NCBI RefSeq assembly: GCF_009909145.1
Contig: NZ_JAAAPJ010000005.1
Location: 464,470-528,469 of the forward strand
Reading direction: 5' to 3'
DNA: 64,000 nucleotides
Source of the DNA: Corallococcus silvisoli
GTDB lineage: Bacteria > Myxococcota > Myxococcia > Myxococcales > Myxococcaceae
The notes under the pieces are model-generated. The model was not told the origin of the DNA. It worked only from the letters and a program-made list of their open reading frames with translations, and did no database searches. Position numbers and translations under genes: made by a program. Shown in pieces: positions 57,464 to 64,000 of the stretch (position 1 is its first letter; the number at the start of each line of letters is the position of its first letter).

Positions 57464-58788
57464 GCCCAGGGCGTCCCGTCCCCACCGGCCTCGCCGTGGC
57501 GCTGTTCGCGGCGGCGCTCGTGCCCGCTGCGCTCGCGGTGGCGAACCCCTCCTTCGGGTGGCTGGCGCTCGCGGTGGACGTGGCCGTCCTGCTCCTGTGC
57601 GCCGTGGACTTCCTGCGCGCCCCCCAAGCCCGCGACCTGGAGGCGCGCCGCGAGGTGGAGCCCATCCTCTCCTCCGGCGTGGACAACCTCGTGCGCTGGG
57701 AGCTGCGCGCGAACACGCCCCGGCCCGTGCGCGGCGAGCTGCGCGACGAGCCGCCCCTGGACATGGAGAGCCACGGACACCGGCAACCCTTCACGCTGGA
57801 GGCCGGAGGCGGGCCCACGCGGCTGACGTACCGGGTGCGCCCGCCCGCGCGGGGCGACGCGCGCTTTGGCGACGTGAGCCTGCGCCTGTCGGGCCCGCTG
57901 GGGCTGTGCTCACGGCAGGTACAGCTGCCCGCCGCGCGGGACGTGAAGGTGTATCCGGACCTGAGCGCCCTGTCGCGCGAGGCGCTGACGCTGGCGCGCA
58001 CGTCGGAGGCCGTGTCCGCGCGCACGCTCCTGCGCAAGACGGCGGAGGGCCGCGAGTTCGAATCGCTGCGCGAATACCGCCCCGGAGATGACTACCGCCA
58101 CATCGACTGGAAGTCCTCCGCGCGCCATGGCCACACGCTCGTGCGCACGTGGCAGCCGGAGCGCCACCAGCCGGTGCTGCTGCTGCTGGACTGTGGCCGC
58201 CACATGGCGGGCCGGGTGCAGGGGAGGCGCAAGCTGGACCACGCGGTGGACGCGGCGCTGAGGCTCGCGCGGGTGAGCCTGGACGCGGGCGACGTGGTGG
58301 GCGTCCTCGCCTTCGCCAGCGACGTGCGCGCCTTCCTCCCTCCGCGCAAGGGCGCGGAGCACCTGCGCCTCATCACCGAGTCCCTCTACCGCGCGGAGGC
58401 CGGGCTGGAGGAGAGCGACTACGGCCGCGCGTTCGACTTCGCCTTCGCCCGCCAGACGCGCCGCGCGCTGGTGGTGCTCTTCACCGACCTGGTGGATCCG
58501 GACGCGTCCGCCGCGCTCCTCACGCGCACGCTCGCCCTGCGCCCCCGGCACCTGCCCGTCGTCGCGTCGCTGCTGGACGAGGACCTGGAGGCCGCCGCCA
58601 CCGACGTGCCCGGCGACGCGCCCGCCGCCTACGCACGGCAGGCCGCCGCCCGCATGGAGGCCGAATACCGCCGCACCGCCACCACGCTGCGCGACGCGGG
58701 CGCGCTGGTGGTGCGCGCGCCGGCCCGCGGCTTCGGCGCCGCTGCACTCAACGTGTACCTGGACGTCAAGGCGCGCGGACGCCTCTGA
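57460..58788 (+). CDS. DUF58 family protein (vWA-like, MoxR partner)
   Basis: N-terminal TM helices. The signature [36 protein letters not shown] and the vWA-like fold are characteristic of DUF58. GTG start overlaps the moxR stop (GTGA). Confidence 0.8.
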   Translation: MSPGRPVPTGLAVALFAAALVPAALAVANPSFGWLALAVDVAVLLLCAVDFLRAPQARDLEARREVEPILSSGVDNLVRWELRANTPRPVRGELRDEPPLDMESHGHRQPFTLEAGGGPTRLTYRVRPPARGDARFGDVSLRLSGPLGLCSRQVQLPAARDVKVYPDLSALSREALTLARTSEAVSARTLLRKTAEGREFESLREYRPGDDYRHIDWKSSARHGHTLVRTWQPERHQPVLLLLDCGRHMAGRVQGRRKLDHAVDAALRLARVSLDAGDVVGVLAFASDVRAFLPPRKGAEHLRLITESLYRAEAGLEESDYGRAFDFAFARQTRRALVVLFTDLVDPDASAALLTRTLALRPRHLPVVASLLDEDLEAAATDVPGDAPAAYARQAAARMEAEYRRTATTLRDAGALVVRAPARGFGAAALNVYLDVKARGRL

Positions 58789-58922
58789 GCGCTCCAGTCG
58801 CATCCGTCAAGCCTTTTGGCACGCTCCAACGCTCGAGTGCGCCCGCGACACTCCGCCGAACTGCGTCCTTGCCAATCGCGCGGAGGCCGAGTTTTCGGCC
58901 TCGCGGAGGACCCCCTTTACAG

Positions 58923-61751
58923 ATGCGGATCGCTGCCCAGAATGGCGCGCCTCAACTGTTCGCGCGCACGCGCGCACGCTCCAAACCGGACGGGAGGCGG
59001 GACTTGGCGGAGGTCGCAAGGGGTTTGAAGCTGCAGGTGGAGGCGGACGCCGCGGCCGTCGCGGCCCGGGCCGCGGAGGAGCTGGTGGAGGCGGGGCTGA
59101 CGCCCTTCCACGAGCGGCTCCTCGCCGAGGAGCTGCTGGCGCGCAGCGGGGACACGCAGCAGCGGCTGGCCAACGCGCTCGCCGAAGCGAAGGTGGACCT
59201 GAACCCCCACCAGGTCGAAGCGGCGATGTTCGCGCTGGACGCCCTGTCGCGCGGCGGCTGCATGCTGGCGGACGAGGTGGGCCTGGGGAAGACCATCGAG
59301 GCGGGCCTCGTCGTGGCCCAGCTGATGGCGGAGGGCAAGAACCGCATCCTCATCCTGGCGCCGGCGGTGCTGCGCGCGCAGTGGAACGCGGAGCTGCGCG
59401 AGAAGTTCGACCTGGACAGCGTCCTCGTCGACGGCCGCGACGTGAAGCGCCACAACAACTGCTTCGATCAGCCCTTCCCCGTCATCTGCTCGCACCCGTT
59501 CGCGGCGAACCGCTCCGCGCTCGTGGCGGAGATCCCGTGGGACCTCATCATCATCGACGAGGCGCACCGCCTCCGGAACGCGCACCGGCCCAACAACAAG
59601 ACGGGGCAGGCGCTGCGCGCGTCGCTCGCGGGCCGGCCCAAGCTGCTGCTCACCGCCACCCCGCTCCAGAACGACCTGATGGAGCTGTTCGGCCTGATGT
59701 CGCTGCTGGACGAGCAGATCCTGGGCCCCGAGCACGCCTTCCGCAGCCGCTACCGCGCCGACGAGGGCGGCGGCATGACGGAGGCCGCCGCCTGCGAGCT
59801 CAAGGAGCGGCTGGCGCCCGTGGTGCAGCGCACGCTGCGCCGCCAGGTGCGCGAGTACGTCCGCTACACCAACCGGCGCAGCATCGTGGAGGACTTCCAC
59901 CCGTCCCCCGAGGAGCACGACCTCTACGAGAAGGTCAGTGAGTACCTCCAGCGCTCGGAGGCCGCGGCCATCGAGCCCGGCAAGAAGACGCTGCTGACGC
60001 TGTGCTACCGCAAGCTCCTGGCCTCCTCGACGTTCGCCATCGCGCCCACCCTGCGCCGGCTGTCGGAGAACCTGCAGAAGCGCCTGGAGGCCGCGCGGCT
60101 GGGACAGCAGGCCCTGGCGCTCTTCGAGCCCGAGGAAGCCAAGCAGTACCAGGAGGAAGGCGAGGAGTGGTCCGACGACCCCGCCAAGGCCCCCCAGGTC
60201 CGCTCGCTGGAGCAGGAGGTCTGGGAGCTGCGGCAGTACGCGGACCTCGCGGACTCCATCCGCATCAACGCCAAGGGCGAGGCGCTCAAGCGCGCCCTGG
60301 ACCGCACCTTCGCGGTGATGCGCACGCACTCCTGGCCGGAGAAGGCGCTCATCTTCACGGAGTCCAAGCGCACGCAGCAGTACCTCTTCAACCTGCTGTC
60401 GGAGCACGGCTACCGGGGGAAGATCTCGCTGCTCTCCGGGGACGCGGGCGGCACGCCCGAGGAGCGCCGGGCGCTGGTGGAGGAGTTCCGCCACCGCTCG
60501 CAGATCCTCATCTGCACGGAGGCGGGCGCCGAAGGGCTCAACCTCCAGTTCTGCAACCTGGTCGTGAACTACGACCTGCCGTGGAACCCGCAGCGCGTGG
60601 AGCAGCGCATCGGCCGCTGCCACCGCTACGGGCAGCAGCGCGACGTGCTGGTGGTGAACTTCCTCAACCGGCAGAACGCGGCGGACGCGCGCCTGTTCGA
60701 GCTGCTGGAGAAGAAGCTCAACCTGTTCGACGGCGTCTTCGGCGCGTCGGATGAGATCCTGGGCGTGCTGGAGAGCGGCGTCGACTTCGAGCGGCGCGTG
60801 CTGGACATCTACCAGTCCTGCCGCAACCCGGCCGACATCAACGTCGCCTTCGACAAGCTGCGCGAGGAGCTGGAGGGCAGCATCAGCCAGCGCATGACGG
60901 CGATGCGCTCGGTGGTGCTGGAGCGCTTCGACGGCGACGTGCGCCGACGCCTGCGCGTCGCGGGAGACCAGGCCAAGGAGGTCGTCGCGAAGCGCCAGCA
61001 GGAGGCGAAGGCGCTCACCGGCTCCGTGCTGGGCAGCCGCACCTCCGGCCGGCTCCAGGTGGCCAAGGCCGCCTACGCGGTGCGCGACCGCACCCAGGAC
61101 GCCGTCAGCTACCTTCAGCTGGACGCGGCCGGCCTGCCCTCGCGGCTGGCCCGGCTCGCGGGCAGCGAGGGCTGGTGGTTCGTCTACAAGTTCGAGACGA
61201 CGGGCCTCAAGCCCGAGGAGAAGCTGGTCCATCTGGTGCTGGTGAAGGACCGCGACGGCGGCTTCCGCGCCCTGCCGCTGACGGACGGGGTCCACTTCAC
61301 CAAGCTCGACGCGAAGGAAGAGAAGCGCCGCCAGCCCGCGCCGGTGTCCGTGCAGCTCATGCAAGAGCAGTCGCTGATGACCGCCAAGGATGAGCTGATC
61401 CGCGCCGCGGAGCGCCGCAACGCGCTGGAGCTGGACAAGGCCAAGGAGCGCGCGGACCGCTACGTCGAGGACTGCCTGATGGAGTCGCGCGAGGTGGTGG
61501 AGTCCGCCCGGCAGGCGTGGTTCGACGCGCGCAAGGACGTGCTCGGCGTGGAGGACACCGCGGAGCGCGCCAAGGCCCGGGCGCACTCGGACCGGCAGGA
61601 GCGCGACTACCGCCGCAAGCTGGCGTCGCTGCGCAACGAAGAGGAGAAGCGCTACGCGGCCAAGGACCGGCAGCTCGCGGAGCTGGCCCAGAAGGGGCGC
61701 GTGACGGAGAAGCGCACCCTCATCGCCTCCGCGTACTTCTGGCTGTCCTGA
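58923..61751 (+). CDS. SNF2-family helicase/ATPase (RapA/HepA-like) with about 380-aa coiled-coil C-terminal domain
   Basis: SNF2 N domain (DEVGLGKTIEAGLVVAQL motif I, LIIIDEAHRLRN motif II DEAH, LLLTATPLQNDLMEL motif III) and helicase C domain (ALIFTESKRTQQYL...QRIGRCHRYGQQRDVLVVNFL). Start at MRIAAQNG (ATG at 58923). The 258-aa upstream extension of ORF 58149 overlaps the DUF58 gene and is rejected. Confidence 0.8.
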   Translation: MRIAAQNGAPQLFARTRARSKPDGRRDLAEVARGLKLQVEADAAAVAARAAEELVEAGLTPFHERLLAEELLARSGDTQQRLANALAEAKVDLNPHQVEAAMFALDALSRGGCMLADEVGLGKTIEAGLVVAQLMAEGKNRILILAPAVLRAQWNAELREKFDLDSVLVDGRDVKRHNNCFDQPFPVICSHPFAANRSALVAEIPWDLIIIDEAHRLRNAHRPNNKTGQALRASLAGRPKLLLTATPLQNDLMELFGLMSLLDEQILGPEHAFRSRYRADEGGGMTEAAACELKERLAPVVQRTLRRQVREYVRYTNRRSIVEDFHPSPEEHDLYEKVSEYLQRSEAAAIEPGKKTLLTLCYRKLLASSTFAIAPTLRRLSENLQKRLEAARLGQQALALFEPEEAKQYQEEGEEWSDDPAKAPQVRSLEQEVWELRQYADLADSIRINAKGEALKRALDRTFAVMRTHSWPEKALIFTESKRTQQYLFNLLSEHGYRGKISLLSGDAGGTPEERRALVEEFRHRSQILICTEAGAEGLNLQFCNLVVNYDLPWNPQRVEQRIGRCHRYGQQRDVLVVNFLNRQNAADARLFELLEKKLNLFDGVFGASDEILGVLESGVDFERRVLDIYQSCRNPADINVAFDKLREELEGSISQRMTAMRSVVLERFDGDVRRRLRVAGDQAKEVVAKRQQEAKALTGSVLGSRTSGRLQVAKAAYAVRDRTQDAVSYLQLDAAGLPSRLARLAGSEGWWFVYKFETTGLKPEEKLVHLVLVKDRDGGFRALPLTDGVHFTKLDAKEEKRRQPAPVSVQLMQEQSLMTAKDELIRAAERRNALELDKAKERADRYVEDCLMESREVVESARQAWFDARKDVLGVEDTAERAKARAHSDRQERDYRRKLASLRNEEEKRYAAKDRQLAELAQKGRVTEKRTLIASAYFWLS

Positions 61752-61772
61752 GGGCCGCGGCGCCGGGCCCCT

Positions 61773-62105
61773 TCATCGGGGCTTGAGCCGCACCCACGTC
61801 GCGCCCCAGCCGCCGTCCACCTCCGAGGCGGTCTGGAAGCCTTCCACCTCCGGCAACGTGGCCAGCAGCTTCTGCACGGTGCGCCGGAGCGCGCCCGTGC
61901 CCTTGCCGTGGATGACGCGAACGTCGAGCACGCCCTCCTGGCGACAGGCCCAGAGGTACTCGGTGACGACGTCCTTCACGTCCTGGGGCTGGAACAGGTG
62001 CAGGTCGAGGTTGCCGTCGACCGGAACCTCGATCGCCTCCGACTCATCGGGCGGGGGTTCGTTCCCCTCCGGAGGCAGGGGTGGGAGCGGTTTTCGCCGG
62101 GACAC
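61773..62105 (-). CDS. Smr domain protein (MutS2 C-terminal-like small nuclease domain)
   Basis: DLHLFQPQDVKDVVTEYLWACRQEGVLDVRVIHGKGTGALRRTVQKL has the Smr LDLHG and HGKG signatures. 110 aa. Confidence 0.7.
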   Translation of the reverse strand: MSRRKPLPPLPPEGNEPPPDESEAIEVPVDGNLDLHLFQPQDVKDVVTEYLWACRQEGVLDVRVIHGKGTGALRRTVQKLLATLPEVEGFQTASEVDGGWGATWVRLKPR

Positions 62106-62349
62106 CGTAACGAGCCTCCTCCTGGCGCTGCTTCTCTTCCGCCGCCAGGCGCTGCCGCTCTCGCGCGCGCCGGAACTCTTCCTTCAAGCTGACGATTTCG
62201 CCCTTGAGCGAGGTGATGTCCTCCGCCACCGCGCCCTTGTGTTCGGTTCCCACGTCTTCCACGTGCTTGCCCGCCCGCTTGTCCTCCGCGCCCGCGCCAC
62301 CGGCGGAGGTCATTTGCATCAGCAGGGCAGCCAGGGTCATCACCTTCAT
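62044..62349 (-). CDS. Small secreted coiled-coil protein (hypothetical)
   Basis: Signal peptide MKVMTLAALLMQMTSAGGAGA, then a charged helical segment. It overlaps the Smr gene start by 62 nt, so either its 3' end or the Smr start is mis-set. GC3 bias is consistent with coding. Confidence 0.35.
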   Translation of the reverse strand: MKVMTLAALLMQMTSAGGAGAEDKRAGKHVEDVGTEHKGAVAEDITSLKGEIVSLKEEFRRARERQRLAAEEKQRQEEARYGVPAKTAPTPASGGERTPAR

Positions 62350-62387
62350 GGACTTTCACGTAAGCAAGCGCCGTGCTCACGCGCAAG

Positions 62388-63446
62388 TCATGTTGCGTGC
62401 GCGACAGCCCGCTGGCCGCCCTCCTCCTTGTGTGACACGACGCGTTCCGCGAGGCGGACGGCGGACAGCGGAGCGCTCCCTTCCGCCTTGTTGTTGATGG
62501 TCACGAAGACGGGGCGCTCGCGTCGCACCGCGGCCATGCACACCCGGGCCAGCACGTCCCGGGTGCCAACATCTTCGTCCACCAACCGATTGAACGGCGC
62601 ATAGCGGGCGTAGGCCTCCTCGTAGCCGAGGTTGGGCGGCAGCATCCAGCGCACCACCACGGCGCGGGACTCGAAGGCGCGCGTGAGCTTCGCCTGCCGG
62701 GCGACCGGCGGCATGTGAGCCCACACCGCGAGCACCGGGCTGACGCCCGTGTCGGCGAGCGCCTGGGCGAAGGCCTCCGTGAGCAACTCCTCGTTGCGCA
62801 CCTCCACCGCGTACAGCGGCCCCCGGGGCAGCGCGGAGAAGAACGCGTGCAGCCGCTCCACGAAGCGCCCGGGGCCGCCCAGCGCCGCCGGGTCCTGCGG
62901 CGGGAACTGGAAGACGAGCGGGCCGGCCTTGTCGCCCAGCCCCTCCAGGAACGGCGCCACGACGTGATCCACCGCGTACGCGGCCTGGAGGAACCGCTCG
63001 TTCGCCTGCCCCCGGTGCGCGCCGTAGCGCTCGTGGACGGGGAAGCGCGCCAGCGTGCAGGCCTCGTGCGCCTTCACGAGGAAGCGGAAACCGTCAGGCA
63101 CCTGCTGGGCATATTCGGCGAACGTGGCGGCGGGCACCGGCGCGTAGAAGGTCCGGTCGATGCCCACCGTGCGCAGCACCGGGTGGTGCGCGTAGGCCCC
63201 CAGGCCCTCGCGCGCCAGCTGGGTCGTGCTGGCCTCGTGATCATAGACGAGGCCGTTCCAGCCCGGGAAGGTCCACGACGACGTGCCCAGGTAGACGCCT
63301 CGGGGCAGCTGCTCCCCCAACGCGCGAAGGCTGTCGGACGCGGGGGCCGGCCCTACCGGCTGGGTGCGACGCCGGGACGACACCGGGGCTTCTTCCGCCG
63401 CGCCAGTGAAGAGGTCGAACTGCGCGGGTCGTCGCGGTGCGCTCAT
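62388..63446 (-). CDS. DUF72 (YecE/UPF0759) family protein
   Basis: Start MSAPRRPAQFDLF. Conserved DUF72 segments (GVYLGTSSWTFPGW...FRFLVKAHE...LGPLVFQFPP...YAVEVRNEELL). The 62-aa N-terminal extension in the ORF track is rejected. Confidence 0.75.
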   Translation of the reverse strand: MSAPRRPAQFDLFTGAAEEAPVSSRRRTQPVGPAPASDSLRALGEQLPRGVYLGTSSWTFPGWNGLVYDHEASTTQLAREGLGAYAHHPVLRTVGIDRTFYAPVPAATFAEYAQQVPDGFRFLVKAHEACTLARFPVHERYGAHRGQANERFLQAAYAVDHVVAPFLEGLGDKAGPLVFQFPPQDPAALGGPGRFVERLHAFFSALPRGPLYAVEVRNEELLTEAFAQALADTGVSPVLAVWAHMPPVARQAKLTRAFESRAVVVRWMLPPNLGYEEAYARYAPFNRLVDEDVGTRDVLARVCMAAVRRERPVFVTINNKAEGSAPLSAVRLAERVVSHKEEGGQRAVAHAT

Positions 63447-63724
63447 GCGGTCGGCTCCCTTCCCGAGCCAGGCTTGCGAGGGTGGCCCCTGGATGTAATC
63501 CAGGAGCCCGGGGGATGCAGGAGGTTGCCTGGATTCAGGGCGACGTTCCAGGTTTCTGGCACGCCCTCCAGGCAGACGGGTGCGCGCGCCGTCGCGGCCG
63601 CGGCCCGCGCTGGGATGTTTGTCCAGCTGCAAACCCTGTCACTTCGCGGCAAAATGATGAAGCCACGCAATTCATCAATATCCATTAATAGACTGGCCGT
63701 GGGCGCAACACGCGGGGGGTCACC

Positions 63725-64000
63725 ATGGATTGGTCATCGACCGCATCGCTGCTGGCGGAACGGGACGTGCGTCCCATCGTCGTGATGGACCGGAGGGGCC
63801 GGATCGAGCTGGCCAATGTCGCGTTCACGTCGCTGCTGCGCCGGCCGCGCGAGGAATTGCTGGGACGACGCTGGACGGACGTCTGCACACCGCGGGAGCA
63901 CGGCCCGGCGGTGGGGCGGGCCCTGCGGGCCATCTTCACCAGCGCCGAGCACCGGCTGGAGACGGAGGTCCTCACCCGCGAGGGTGAGCGGCTGCCGGTG
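63725..64000 (+). CDS. PAS-domain sensor protein (3' partial, runs off window)
   Basis: From ATG 63725 the reading is MDWSSTASLLAERDVRPIVVMDRRGRIELANVAFTSLLRRPREELLGRRWTDVCTPREHGP..., which is a PAS fold N-terminus. No stop occurs before the window ends, so it is absent from the ORF track. Confidence 0.5.
   Translation, partial: MDWSSTASLLAERDVRPIVVMDRRGRIELANVAFTSLLRRPREELLGRRWTDVCTPREHGPAVGRALRAIFTSAEHRLETEVLTREGERLPV

Noticed and set aside
58149-58922. 258-aa N-terminal extension of the SNF2 helicase ORF
   Set aside because: Overlaps the DUF58 gene in another frame with G/A/R/P junk composition. Helicase homology and a plausible ATG begin at 58923.

Overview
This is a high-GC (about 70%) myxobacterial chromosome segment. 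Gene content and order closely match Myxococcus/Corallococcus, including the wzm-wzt-wbgA O-antigen exporter block and the bacN-bacO-bacP-padC bactofilin operon. The six-frame track is full of long antisense or out-of-frame ORFs that are typical of GC-rich DNA. Genes were therefore called by recognisable domains, lipoprotein or signal peptides, and operon logic (ATGA/GTGA stop-start overlaps), not by ORF length. 

Layout:
- 1-6.4 kb (minus strand): a partial HAD-domain gene, a large two-domain GT2 glycosyltransferase (WbgA-like), then the Wzt and Wzm O-antigen ABC exporter.
- 6.5-7.4 kb: tRNA-Gly(GCC) next to pgsA, the same neighbourhood as E. coli pgsA-glyW.
- 7.4-12.8 kb: a TPR-AIM24 protein, an SLT lytic transglycosylase, then nadB, a rhomboid protease and a LOG-family gene on the plus strand.
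- 12.8-22.3 kb (all minus): lipoprotein, pyrE, padC, bacP, bacO, bacN, an alpha/beta hydrolase, a secreted TPR protein and a hybrid histidine kinase with GAF, receiver and degenerate GGDEF domains.
- 22.8-24.3 kb: a lipoprotein on the plus strand.
- 24.4-46.4 kb: about 22 kb of uninterrupted minus-strand genes. In transcription order these are a lipoprotein, two tandem GspE-N (MshEN-type) proteins, an orphan DppD/DppF-like ABC ATPase pair, DUF2085, an ECF sigma factor with a zf-HC2 anti-sigma factor, a Flp-type pilin, cpaB, tadB, tadC, a giant repeat-rich FHA protein, an FHA-TM-TPR protein, then xseA, xseB, a receiver protein, ispA, dxs and tlyA.
- 46.4-47.6 kb: exbB and exbD (plus strand).
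- 47.7-51.9 kb (minus): an acyl-CoA dehydrogenase, two MaoC hot-dog dehydratases and a DapB-like oxidoreductase.
- 52.1-64 kb: a receiver/HD-GYP protein, a HEAT-repeat/cyclophilin lipoprotein, a zinc-ribbon membrane protein, a MoxR-DUF58-SNF2 helicase trio, an Smr protein, a DUF72 protein and a partial PAS protein.

The most notable system is an incomplete Tad-like (Flp pilus-like) machine. It has a TadB/TadC platform, CpaB and a Flp pilin, welded to two FHA-domain proteins and a dedicated ECF sigma/anti-sigma pair. There is no secretin, CpaF/TadA ATPase or prepilin peptidase in the window. This resembles the recently described Kil contact-dependent killing Tad-like apparatus of Myxococcus, where the missing parts sit at a second locus. 

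Two conserved-domain proteins, the giant FHA protein and the zinc-ribbon protein, lack any canonical start codon in front of their conserved N-termini. A near-perfect 75-bp tandem repeat array sits inside the giant FHA gene. No CRISPR array, IS element or rRNA was seen.
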